Shown piece by piece: positions 1 through 8,954 of a DNA stretch of 64,000 nucleotides. The DNA is taken from NCBI GenBank assembly GCA_902788365.1, contig CADAJN010000001.1, positions 90,020 to 154,019 on the forward strand, written 5' to 3'. Both the position numbers and the translations under genes were made by a program. Source of the DNA: an uncultured Pseudomonadota bacterium (GTDB lineage Bacteria > Pseudomonadota > Alphaproteobacteria > RF32 > CAG-239). Below the pieces are notes generated by a model. That model had not been told where the DNA came from and did no database searches. It saw only the letters and a program-made list of their open reading frames with translations. How positions within the stretch are numbered: position 1 is the stretch's first letter; every line of letters starts with the position of its first letter.

Positions 1-1152
1 CAAGTTGAATTCATTGTTGAAAACACCACTTCGCGTGATTTATTGGATAAAATCAAATCATCACCGAAACCGCATTCCTTTTATGGTCCGCGCACTTTTA
101 ACAGCCCTTTGGCGCAAAATGATGATGCATGGATAACTAAGTTAAATCCGGCCTATACCTTTGAAAATTTCGTAGTCGGTAAAACCAACGAATTTGCTTA
201 TGCCGCGGCACATAAAGTTGCCGAATCGCGCGGTGTTTCGTTTAATCCGTTATTTTTGTATTCGGGTGTCGGTTTGGGAAAAACACATTTATTGCACGCC
301 ATTGCTCAATACATTCAGCAAAATGATCCGAATCGTCATGTTCTTTATATGTCGGCCGAGCAATTTTTATATAAATTTGTGAACGCTTTACGTTATAAAG
401 ATACGGCGGCATTCAAGGAACAATTCCGTGCCGTAGATGTTTTGATGATTGATGATGTGCAATTTTTAGCCAACAAAGAAAAGACACAAGATGAATTTTT
501 CTACACCTTTAATTCTTTAATGGAAGGCGGACGGCAGATTATTTTATCGGCAGATAAATCGCCAAATGATTTAGACGGCATTGAAAACCGCTTAAAGTCG
601 CGTTTAAACAGCGGTTTGGTGGCCGATATTATGCCGACAGACTTTGATTTGCGTTTAGGCATTTTGCATAAAAAAGCCGAACAGTTGGGCATTGCATTGC
701 CGCAAAACGTGGCTGAATTTTTGGCTCAGAAAATTGCCTCAAACATTCGCGAATTAGAGGGCTCGCTCAAACGAATCGCCGCACATTCACAGCTTTTATC
801 CGGTCGCGAAATTACTTTAGATATGACACAAGATGTTTTGAAAGATATGTTGCGCTCTATTGACCGCAAAACCACGATTGATGAAATTCAGAAGAAAGTG
901 GCAGAATATTTCAACATTTCCGTTAAAGAAATGCAATCTTCGCGTCGGGCACGCAATGTCGCCAGACCGCGGCAAATTGCGATGTATTTGGCCAAACAGC
1001 TTACCTCGCGTTCATTACCGGAAATCGGCCGCAAATTTGACCGCGACCACACCACGGTAATGCATGCGGTGCGCAAGGTTGAAGAGCTAGTTTTAGAAGA
1101 TACTTCAATGGCTGAAAGCATTGAGGCTTTGCGACGCACATTGGAAAATTAA
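1..1152 (+). CDS. dnaA: Chromosomal replication initiator DnaA, 5'-truncated by window edge
   Basis: Frame 1 is open from base 1 with no upstream stop. It contains the AAA+ Walker A motif GVGLGKTHL and a C-terminal DnaA-box-binding region (RNVARPRQIAMYL...HTTV). It is followed by dnaN-recF. Confidence 0.9.
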   Translation, partial: QVEFIVENTTSRDLLDKIKSSPKPHSFYGPRTFNSPLAQNDDAWITKLNPAYTFENFVVGKTNEFAYAAAHKVAESRGVSFNPLFLYSGVGLGKTHLLHAIAQYIQQNDPNRHVLYMSAEQFLYKFVNALRYKDTAAFKEQFRAVDVLMIDDVQFLANKEKTQDEFFYTFNSLMEGGRQIILSADKSPNDLDGIENRLKSRLNSGLVADIMPTDFDLRLGILHKKAEQLGIALPQNVAEFLAQKIASNIRELEGSLKRIAAHSQLLSGREITLDMTQDVLKDMLRSIDRKTTIDEIQKKVAEYFNISVKEMQSSRRARNVARPRQIAMYLAKQLTSRSLPEIGRKFDRDHTTVMHAVRKVEELVLEDTSMAESIEALRRTLEN

Positions 1153-1268
1153 CTTCCAAAGCGTTTCAAAGCATACAAAAAACTGTTGAAGACTCGCTCT
1201 TTTAACTTCTGATTAGACTTTAAATTTGCTAGATTGGGCTTATTAGAAAATTACAGAGAGTAAAGAAA

Positions 1269-2387
1269 ATGAAGTTTACCATTGAAAAAGCGGTTTTGTT
1301 AAAAACCTTAAGTCACGTGCAAAACATTGTTGAAAAAAGAAACACTGTTCCGGTGTTGTCCAATGTGCGCATAGAAGCAGATAATAACGGCATCAGCTTT
1401 AAGGCAACCGATATGGATACGGAAATTACCGAAATTGTTGACGCCAAAATTATGGAAAACGGTGCCATTACCGCACCGGCTCATATGTTGTATGACATTG
1501 TGCGCAAATTGGCCGATAATGCGGAAATTGAATTAACTTATCCTGATGAAAAAGAGCAACTCAGTATTGCTTCGGGACGTTCTAAGTTTTCGCTTTCTAC
1601 CATCGGAGTTGAAGATTTTCCGGTGATTTCGGCAGACACATTACCAACCAATTTTGAAATGAAGCGTGAAGAATTAAAAGATGTGATTGATCGCACGCAA
1701 TTTGCCGCGTCTACAGAAGAAACACGTTATTACCTGAACGGTTTATACATTCATCCGAAAGATGAAGGCGAAACCAAAGTTTTGCGCATTGTAGCTACCG
1801 ACGGCCACCGCTTGGCTTGCGTTGAATCGCCGTTGCCGGAAGGTGCCGCTTCAATGCAGGGAGTGATTTTGCCGCGCAAAACCGTGGCGGAAATTCGTAA
1901 ATTACTTGATGACACATCTGCCGAATCGGTTAAAATTGCTTTATCTGACAGCAAAGTGCGTTTTACAATGGACGATATTACTTTAGCGTCTAAACTGATT
2001 GACGGAACATATCCGGATTACGAACGTGTTATTCCGACCGGCAACAACAAAATATTAGAAATCAGTGTTAAAGAGCTGTCAAAAGCGGTAGACCGCGTTT
2101 CGGTAGTGGCGGAAAGAACCCGAGCCATCAAGCTGATCGCCAACAAAAATCATGTTATGATTACATCTTCCAGCCCTGATTTAGGCAGTGCTTTAGAGGA
2201 AGTGGAAGCAAGCTATGAATCCGAATCGCTTGAAATCGGTTATAATTATCGCTATCTGTTGGATATATTGGCAGAAATTAAAGGCGAAACAGCTAAAATC
2301 AGTTTTAACGACAGCTCATCGCCATCTGTCATTCATGACACGTCTGATACCAGTGCTATTTATGTTTTGATGCCGATGCGGGTATAG
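1269..2387 (+). CDS. dnaN: DNA polymerase III beta sliding clamp
   Basis: 372-aa ORF; N-terminus MKFTIEKAVLLKTLSHVQNIVEKRNTVPVLSNV is typical of DnaN; position between dnaA and recF. Confidence 0.9.
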   Translation: MKFTIEKAVLLKTLSHVQNIVEKRNTVPVLSNVRIEADNNGISFKATDMDTEITEIVDAKIMENGAITAPAHMLYDIVRKLADNAEIELTYPDEKEQLSIASGRSKFSLSTIGVEDFPVISADTLPTNFEMKREELKDVIDRTQFAASTEETRYYLNGLYIHPKDEGETKVLRIVATDGHRLACVESPLPEGAASMQGVILPRKTVAEIRKLLDDTSAESVKIALSDSKVRFTMDDITLASKLIDGTYPDYERVIPTGNNKILEISVKELSKAVDRVSVVAERTRAIKLIANKNHVMITSSSPDLGSALEEVEASYESESLEIGYNYRYLLDILAEIKGETAKISFNDSSSPSVIHDTSDTSAIYVLMPMRV

Positions 2388-2389
2388 AC

Positions 2390-3598
2390 GTGCAACAACC
2401 AAATGAAAAAATACAACAAATTACACAGTTAAAGTCAGGCGTTGAACGCCTGACTTTAACTGACTTCAGAAATTATAAAAATTTGCGCTTGGAAGTGCCG
2501 ATTTCTCCGATTGTAATCAGTGGCGCAAACGGCACGGGAAAAACCAACATATTGGAAGCTTTATCTTTTTTAACGCCGGGACGCGGCTTGCGCAGTGCGC
2601 GCTTGGCCGACATCAAACGTATTCACAGTGTTTCGGATACAAATTTGCTATCTGCCGATACATGGAGTGTGGCTGCCGATGTTCTGAAAAATGATGAACC
2701 GCACACCATTGGCACGGCTTTAAGCAAAATTAACCGTGAAAATATAGATGACACAAAAGAAGATGAATTACGCGTATATGAACGGCGAATCGTTAAAATT
2801 GACGGGCAAAAAATTACCCAACAAAGCGAGCTCGGCAAATATATTTCCGCCATTTGGATTACCCCGCAAATGGACAGATTATTTTTGGGCGGTCCGCAAC
2901 CGCGACGCAGCTTTTTAGACCGCTTGGTCTATGCTTTTGATTTGGAACACGCTAAGCGCACAGCTAATTTTGAGCATTTGTATCGGCAATGGTATCAGCT
3001 TTTGAAATCGGGCTGTAATGATCACCATTGGTTGCAAACCATAGAATCCGACATGGCGGCTTTGGGCGTGGCAATTGCCGCGGCCAGACGCGAGCTGGTT
3101 GCGCGCCTGAATACATTTATTACACAAGAGCCGGACGATGTTTTTCCGAGTGTGCGGTTGGAATTGGCCGGCACCATTGAAAAAATGCTCAATAACGCGC
3201 CGGCCATTAAAGTAGAAGATTTTTATGCCTCTAATTTGCAAAAGCAACGTCGTAACATAGTTTATAACGACTCGGCTGATGGGGTTAATCGCACCGATTT
3301 TAAGGTTTATATGCAGCAAAAAAATATGCCGGCCGAATTGTGTTCAACCGGCGAACAAAAAGCTCTGCTGGTCAGCATTATTTTGGCGCAAACAAAATGC
3401 CAAATTTTAGATAAAGGTTTTGCACCGGTTTTGTTGTTGGACGAAGTGACAACGCATCTAGATGATAATAAGCGCGACGCCCTGCTTAGCAAAATTAAAG
3501 ATTTACAATTACAGGCATGGATTACTTCAACCGATGCGACACAATTTGCCGTTTTACACAATTTCGCGCAATTTTTAGAAACAACACAATTTGCTTAA
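2390..3598 (+). CDS. recF: DNA replication/repair protein RecF (GTG start)
   Basis: Walker A GANGTGKTNILEA; SMC-like signature near C-terminus; canonical dnaA-dnaN-recF synteny. Confidence 0.85.
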   Translation: MQQPNEKIQQITQLKSGVERLTLTDFRNYKNLRLEVPISPIVISGANGTGKTNILEALSFLTPGRGLRSARLADIKRIHSVSDTNLLSADTWSVAADVLKNDEPHTIGTALSKINRENIDDTKEDELRVYERRIVKIDGQKITQQSELGKYISAIWITPQMDRLFLGGPQPRRSFLDRLVYAFDLEHAKRTANFEHLYRQWYQLLKSGCNDHHWLQTIESDMAALGVAIAAARRELVARLNTFITQEPDDVFPSVRLELAGTIEKMLNNAPAIKVEDFYASNLQKQRRNIVYNDSADGVNRTDFKVYMQQKNMPAELCSTGEQKALLVSIILAQTKCQILDKGFAPVLLLDEVTTHLDDNKRDALLSKIKDLQLQAWITSTDATQFAVLHNFAQFLETTQFA

Positions 3599-3649
3599 AC
3601 GCAAAAGAGCCGGCTATTTGCTGCCGGCCCTCTTTCTTTTCATATGATT

Positions 3650-4093
3650 TTATTTTTGCAATGTCACATAAATTTCATGAGCATTGCGTGCTTGCCTTAA
3701 GGTTTGGCATATTGCCGCATTCTTAAGCGGTCGTGAAAATGCCGCCAAAGCCTGCAAATGATCCTCTCCGCTTTTTTCCGGTGAAATCAAAAACGACAGT
3801 AAATCAACATTTTTTCCATCAAACGCTTCATAATCTAGCGCTTTGCTTAAGCGAACAAATACCGTTATCAATTCATCAATTCCGGCAATTCGCGCGTGAG
3901 GAAAAGCAACACCGTTGCCATAACCGGTTGATCCCAGATTTTCGCGTTCATTTAAAGCATCAAATACCGCATTCTTATCAAGCACCTTTTTGGTAGCAAT
4001 AAAATCGGCCACTTTTTCCAATAAATGCCGCTTATTATCCGCATCAACATCAATCAGAATCATATCTTCCGATAAAATATCAGAAATATTCAT
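3650..4093 (-). CDS. ptsN: PTS IIA-like nitrogen regulatory protein PtsN
   Basis: 147 aa with EIIA type-2 fold motifs (GVAFPHARI); lies downstream of hpf as in the conserved rpoN operon. Confidence 0.75.
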   Translation of the reverse strand: MNISDILSEDMILIDVDADNKRHLLEKVADFIATKKVLDKNAVFDALNERENLGSTGYGNGVAFPHARIAGIDELITVFVRLSKALDYEAFDGKNVDLLSFLISPEKSGEDHLQALAAFSRPLKNAAICQTLRQARNAHEIYVTLQK

Positions 4094-4117
4094 ATTTTTT
4101 ACCTTATGCAGTTAATC

Positions 4118-4678
4118 CTATTCTGCCGGTTCAACCCAGCCGATATTGCCGTCTTTGCGGCGATAAACCATGCTGATGCGATTGTTGGCACTGTTACGGA
4201 ACATCAAAGCCGCTTCATCTGCCAAATCCATATACATTACAGCTTCGCTAACCGTGCAAACCTTAATGTTGGCATCGGTTTCCGCAATAGTCAGCGGCGC
4301 ACTTTCATCAATACTCATTTCATCTTCGGTTTCCGTCAGCGGAAAAACAGACTCATGAGCCATTTCCACTAAGCCGCTTTTACCTTTGTGATCATTAAGC
4401 TTATTTTTTTGGCGACGCAAACGTGAAGCAATGTGATTATTGGCATCATCAAAAGCCGAATACGGATCGCCGGCCACGCCGGTGCCTTTTAAGACAATAT
4501 TTTTGGCCGGATGCACGGTAACTTCAGCGTGAAAATCTTCGCCTTCTTTAGAGAAATAGACGTTGCAACTGATTGGAGCCGGAAAATACTTATTAACCGA
4601 ATTTTCCATACCTTCTTCAACGCGATTACGCAATCTGTCACTGATATCAACCTGTTTTCCTGATAATGTAATTTTCAT
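4118..4678 (-). CDS. hpf: Ribosome hibernation promoting factor (long form)
   Basis: MKITLSGKQVDISDRLRN start typical of HPF/RaiA; GAGGT RBS 6 nt upstream of the ATG at 4678; long C-terminal extension. Confidence 0.85.
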   Translation of the reverse strand: MKITLSGKQVDISDRLRNRVEEGMENSVNKYFPAPISCNVYFSKEGEDFHAEVTVHPAKNIVLKGTGVAGDPYSAFDDANNHIASRLRRQKNKLNDHKGKSGLVEMAHESVFPLTETEDEMSIDESAPLTIAETDANIKVCTVSEAVMYMDLADEAALMFRNSANNRISMVYRRKDGNIGWVEPAE

Positions 4679-4809
4679 AATATACCTCATAATGTTAAGT
4701 TTTTGGCACCATCGCCAAATTGTTTTGTTTATAGTATAATACTTTTAAGCAAAAGTAAACACTTAATAAAAAGTATTAGTGTAAAATGTTACCAGATTTT
4801 TGCCACTAG

Positions 4810-4835
4810 CCCACTGCGTCGGTGTCATATTTATG
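4810..4835. repeat. 26-bp direct repeat, copy 1 (cccactgcgtcggtgtcatatttatg)
   Basis: Perfect match to 5756..5781 in the same orientation. On the minus strand it reads HKYDTDAVG followed immediately by a stop, i.e. a stub of the ORF start found at copy 2. Confidence 0.8.
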
Positions 4836-4899
4836 CCGGTTTTCTATTGTGTTTTAGCATTATTCATTGTCTGCGTCATAAAATATATTTTTCAATTTG

Positions 4900-5244
4900 T
4901 CAGTCGCTGTTTTCCATAGCAGTCTTGATTATAAAATACGTTATTTTATGATAATATAACAATACTATAAGTTCCATCATAACATAAGGCAATAAAATAT
5001 ATTTTATCTTAAGATATATATCTTTTGTGCATTCAAACCATTTTTTTTTGATCGTATAACGCAAAAATAGTGGATATCCGACTAGTCCACAAAAATCAAA
5101 CAAGAACAGAACAGGGAAAAACGGCACTATTTTATGAAATGCTAAAATAGCAAATAAACCAAATATATAGAATATAGAAAGAATAGCATTTATTGTTTTT
5201 AAGGTTAAATCATTTATTTCTTTGATTATAGCCCCTTTTTCCAT
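4900..5244 (-). CDS. Hypothetical small multi-TM membrane protein (114 aa)
   Basis: ATG at 5244 preceded by AAAGGGG RBS; hydrophobic helices; AT-rich codon usage unlike flanking housekeeping genes. Confidence 0.5.
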   Translation of the reverse strand: MEKGAIIKEINDLTLKTINAILSIFYIFGLFAILAFHKIVPFFPVLFLFDFCGLVGYPLFLRYTIKKKWFECTKDIYLKIKYILLPYVMMELIVLLYYHKITYFIIKTAMENSD

Positions 5245-5268
5245 GTTCTGCCCCTTTGTTATGTTTTA

Positions 5269-5790
5269 CTAATAGTGATATTTTTCTTCATCTTCATCTT
5301 CATATTTATCATAATACATATTTTTCATTTTGTCAGCAGAAGAATTTATCCCTTGCTTGATAAATTTCTTACCAAACTTCACAAGAGGTCTGCCTACCGC
5401 TCTTGTAAATGGTATCGCATCAATAGGTAATCCCGCTGCATTAGCAAATCCGTTCACTGCCAAATTGGTGGCAAAATCATTCCAATTTTCGGCATATCCG
5501 GCAGAAGCGTTCAGTGTATCGGTAAAAGCATTCAATGCTTTGTTAGCAAATGTGGTATCTTTTGCTAAATGCATCGGTGTGGTCATTGCGCCTACAAATT
5601 CTGATGCCTCATAAATATACGGATGCCGCTGCTGCAATTCATTTTGCAGTTTTCTATCTGCCACGTTTCCACATTTGCTTCTATTGTCGGCCACCGACCC
5701 GTTTTCTTTAAGATATCTCTGATTGGGTTCCTTACTGCAGGATTTCTGACAACTCCCCACTGCGTCGGTGTCATATTTATGTAGAAGCAA
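5269..5790 (-). CDS. Hypothetical protein (173 aa), no ATG start; begins inside the 26-bp repeat
   Basis: Frame opens directly after the stop of the upstream ORF (5806..5808). First possible start is TTG at 5790, with no in-frame ATG until far downstream. N-terminal HKYDTDAVGS is encoded by the direct repeat. The C-terminus is acidic (DEDEEKYHY). Confidence 0.4.
   Translation of the reverse strand: MLLHKYDTDAVGSCQKSCSKEPNQRYLKENGSVADNRSKCGNVADRKLQNELQQRHPYIYEASEFVGAMTTPMHLAKDTTFANKALNAFTDTLNASAGYAENWNDFATNLAVNGFANAAGLPIDAIPFTRAVGRPLVKFGKKFIKQGINSSADKMKNMYYDKYEDEDEEKYHY
5756..5781. repeat. 26-bp direct repeat, copy 2
   Basis: Identical to 4810..4835; forms the 5' end of ORF 5269..5790 on the minus strand. 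Confidence 0.8.
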
Positions 5791-5805
5791 GAAAAGGAAA
5801 ACCTC

Positions 5806-6321
5806 TCAATCAAGGGCTCTTTTGTATATAAAGTATATGACAATTGATACCAAAAACAAAGGCATAAAAAGCTCAAACATTCCTAAAAACGATGTTTGCA
5901 ACATTGTCCAATTTAAAATTCCATAGTCTGATTTTATGAGCCATAATAAATAACTCCAATAGAACATCAGACAGCTGCCTATTTCACTTATCCGCCATTT
6001 TAGGGATAAATTTTTTCTTATTATTTTATACCGAATAAAATCATATAGCAGATATACTATAAAGTAACAGATATATGCTGAAAAATAAAACTCAAATGTA
6101 AATATACATGGTTTTATTCCATCAATCCATTGATACTTTTTACCATAATTCCAAACTGATGAATCACAGCTATCACCTTGCGAATTTGGTCCCCAAAGGA
6201 CTTGAAATAATAAGCTTATAATGATTATTGTTAACAGAAACCAACATATATAAAGTATATATGAAACATTACTTTGTATGTATGATGTTTGTTTTATCTT
6301 AGCTTGAACTTCAGATTCCAT
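5806..6321 (-). CDS. Hypothetical multi-TM membrane protein (171 aa)
   Basis: ATG start; several hydrophobic helices rich in Y/F/W; AT-rich. Confidence 0.5.
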   Translation of the reverse strand: MESEVQAKIKQTSYIQSNVSYILYICWFLLTIIIISLLFQVLWGPNSQGDSCDSSVWNYGKKYQWIDGIKPCIFTFEFYFSAYICYFIVYLLYDFIRYKIIRKNLSLKWRISEIGSCLMFYWSYLLWLIKSDYGILNWTMLQTSFLGMFELFMPLFLVSIVIYFIYKRALD

Positions 6322-6591
6322 GGTTTTTCCTCATATATTGTTTTTGTTCTGGCACCATAGTCATTAACTTGCATAGCCCCTGTTGAGTTATAGAGCGTCG
6401 CAACTTTTTCTATTGTAGGGTTATGAATGGAATTTTGCAACTTTTTTATGACTTGCACACCTAGTTCAATATTCTGTTCCGGATTATAAGTATCATAAGG
6501 GCGTAAAGATTGCTTGTGCCAATGTGTCGCTTAAAGTGTTGACGGTTTGTCGTGCCCAGTCATTGGCGTTGGTGTGATTGTCATTTAACAT
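6300..6591 (-). pseudogene. Possible frameshifted remnant of a lysozyme-like / lytic transglycosylase-type gene
   Basis: Minus-strand ATG at 6591 with GGAG RBS gives a 32-aa peptide, then a +1 frame continues (...IEKVATLYNSTGAMQVNDYG...). This weakly resembles an SLT-domain AYNAG region. The fragment runs into the next gene. Confidence 0.2.
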
Positions 6592-6931
6592 AAGTTGTTA
6601 CTCCGTTTGATATTATTGTTCAAGTTGTAATGTTCATTTTATAAGAAAGGATAGAGACATAATAATAAGCTAACATAATATATTTCTTATTTAAGGGAGT
6701 GCCGTATTAAACCGCAAAATTTAATACGGCTGATAAAAGAGCAAAACAGAATTAAGAATTTACAATGGAATCAGACATCCAATTCCATAACAGTCATAAC
6801 ATATTTTTTAACATATGTCAAGTTTAAAATAAGAAAAATCCAAAAAATATTTATGTAAAATATGAAAAATCATATTACTCCGGCAAAAATGAAGGAGACT
6901 AAAATGCCTCCTTGTATCAAAGCAGCTATTT

Positions 6932-7678
6932 TTACAATGAGAAATTATCACCCAAATAAACTTTGCGCACTTCTTCGTTAGCCACAATTTCTTCCGGTGT
7001 GCCTTCCATTAAAACAGTTCCGGCGTGCAAAATATATGCGCGATCAATAATATCAAGTGTTTCACGCACATTGTGGTCGGTTATCAAAACACCCAAACCG
7101 CGATTTTTCAACTGCGCCACCAATGAACGAATCTCGCCCACCGCAATCGGATCAATACCGGCCAGCGGCTCATCAAGCAAAATAAAACTCGGCTTGCTTG
7201 CCAACGCACGGGCAATCTCCAAGCGCCGCCGCTCTCCGCCGGAAAGCGCCAATGCCGGAGATTTGCGTAAATGAGCAATTGAAAATTCATTGAGCAACTC
7301 TTCCAGCATATTTTCGCGCATACTTTCGTCATCCGTTACAATCTGCAAAATCGCTTTAATATTGTCCTCAACACTCAGCGTGCGAAAAATGGACGACTCT
7401 TGCGGCAAATAGCCGATGCCCATTTTGGCGCGCTTATACATCGGCATTTCGGTAATATCTTGGCCGTTAATATACACATCGCCGTAATCCGGCGTAATCA
7501 GCCCCGTCACACAATAAAAACAAGTGGTTTTACCGGCACCGTTCGGTCCCAAAAGCCCGACAGCTTCGCCTTTTCTGACGTGTAATGACACATTTTTCAA
7601 AACCGTGCGCTTTTTATATTTTTTGCCGATATTAAAAATCTCTAAAATATCAGTATCATTATTTTTTTGTCTGACCAT
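6932..7678 (-). CDS. lptB: LPS export ABC transporter ATP-binding protein LptB
   Basis: Walker A GLLGPNGAGKTT, ABC signature LSGGERRRLEIARAL, Walker B ILLDEP; adjacent to lptC/A-like gene. Confidence 0.9.
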   Translation of the reverse strand: MVRQKNNDTDILEIFNIGKKYKKRTVLKNVSLHVRKGEAVGLLGPNGAGKTTCFYCVTGLITPDYGDVYINGQDITEMPMYKRAKMGIGYLPQESSIFRTLSVEDNIKAILQIVTDDESMRENMLEELLNEFSIAHLRKSPALALSGGERRRLEIARALASKPSFILLDEPLAGIDPIAVGEIRSLVAQLKNRGLGVLITDHNVRETLDIIDRAYILHAGTVLMEGTPEEIVANEEVRKVYLGDNFSL

Positions 7679-8951
7679 TGTTTTTGTTTCCTTTTTTATA
7701 AAACGTGCCGCTGATGCGTTCGCCTTTTTCGCGTCCCATAATACGGCTTACCGATGTTTGCAAATCTGTTGTGGCATGACCGCCGCGCACAAAATTGCCG
7801 TCTTGGCTGATTTCCACATTATCCCACAATTCCACCTGTGAATCATTCGGCTTATATTCACCGCGATCACCTTTAGCCTTGCCTTTCGGTGTAATAATTT
7901 CTACGTTGCCGAGCGCTTTAATATATTTTACTTTTTGTTCTTTTCCTGCTTCCAGATAAATCGTCATCTGTCTGGCCCGCAGTTCGTTTTTATCTTTATG
8001 CACCGTTACCAAGCCGCCATGAGCGTTTTTATAGCCGGATTTCATGCCGAAAAGCTCTATTGTGCGCTGATTAACATCATAAATTGCCACAGCGGCATTG
8101 GCGGTTTCGGCGGTTGTTTTAATACGCACATGACCATAAGCTTCGGCGCGTTTGACTTCACGCGGTTGCGTATCTGTTAAAAAAGCCACCAGTTTATCGG
8201 CATAAATTGTTTTTTGATCGCTCTGCAGCACCACATTACCAACGGCCTCAAGCTTGTTGTCGTTATAAAAATATTTGCTCTGTTCTTGCGCCGTCAAAAC
8301 ACCGCGTTCATTAACCACCTTTGAGCGACCAAGCAAAGTCAGTTCATTATTCTGCTTAGAATAAGTCCACGCCTCGCCCTCTAAATTGCCCCAATCGCCG
8401 GATGCCGTGATTGCATCTTGTCCGTGGCCATATTCGGCATTAAAATCGTAAGAACCGCTCTTTGTATCTATCGTTGTTTTTTCATTAACAAGCGCATGCA
8501 CTTTTTGCATTAAATCCAATGTATTGGCATTTTGATCATATAAACCCTCCGGCGCGGTTATCACAATTTCACCGTCATCAGTCAGAATGGTGCCGCGCGG
8601 ATTATCCATTTTGTATTTTTGCGAACCGGCCTCAGTTTCATCAACGCTGTCTGCCGTAATGCGATTGACTCGGTTTTTAGAATCGGTGGCGCTGAACACC
8701 GTGCTTTCCATGTGCAACTGTTCCATCTCATTTTTGCGCGGCATGGTCACATTATTTTGCAAATCAACGCTTTTTCTGATGTTCGGCATAACCACCATCA
8801 CCCCTAAAAGCAAAGCCGCAAAACACGGAAACCCGAGCTTTACAAAACGCATCCAACCCGATAAAACCGGCGGATTTTTTTTAGATGCAAAACGATCGGC
8901 AAAAATTTTGTCGTTGTCAAAATAATCGTCAATTTTGCGTGAATCAACCAT
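7659..8951 (-). CDS. lptA: LptC/LptA-like fused protein (N-terminal TM anchor + two OstA-N-like regions)
   Basis: 430 aa. Single TM near the N-terminus (FVKLGFPCFAALLLGVMVVMP). The C-terminal half has an LptA-like GNVVLQSDQKTIYADKLV...GNVEI...AKGDRGEY pattern. Overlaps lptB by 20 nt. Confidence 0.6.
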   Translation of the reverse strand: MVDSRKIDDYFDNDKIFADRFASKKNPPVLSGWMRFVKLGFPCFAALLLGVMVVMPNIRKSVDLQNNVTMPRKNEMEQLHMESTVFSATDSKNRVNRITADSVDETEAGSQKYKMDNPRGTILTDDGEIVITAPEGLYDQNANTLDLMQKVHALVNEKTTIDTKSGSYDFNAEYGHGQDAITASGDWGNLEGEAWTYSKQNNELTLLGRSKVVNERGVLTAQEQSKYFYNDNKLEAVGNVVLQSDQKTIYADKLVAFLTDTQPREVKRAEAYGHVRIKTTAETANAAVAIYDVNQRTIELFGMKSGYKNAHGGLVTVHKDKNELRARQMTIYLEAGKEQKVKYIKALGNVEIITPKGKAKGDRGEYKPNDSQVELWDNVEISQDGNFVRGGHATTDLQTSVSRIMGREKGERISGTFYKKGNKNNGQTKK

Positions 8952-8954
8952 TGT

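Noticed and set aside
4703-4951. 82-aa + strand ORF in the AT-rich insert
   Set aside because: It has no RBS and low-complexity hydrophobic composition typical of chance ORFs in AT-rich DNA. It overlaps the direct repeat and the minus-strand membrane-protein gene.
7659-8951. Splitting the 430-aa ORF into separate lptC and lptA genes
   Set aside because: The reading frame is continuous, with no internal stop or plausible internal RBS/start that I could see. It is kept as a single ORF, with the fusion flagged as a finding instead.
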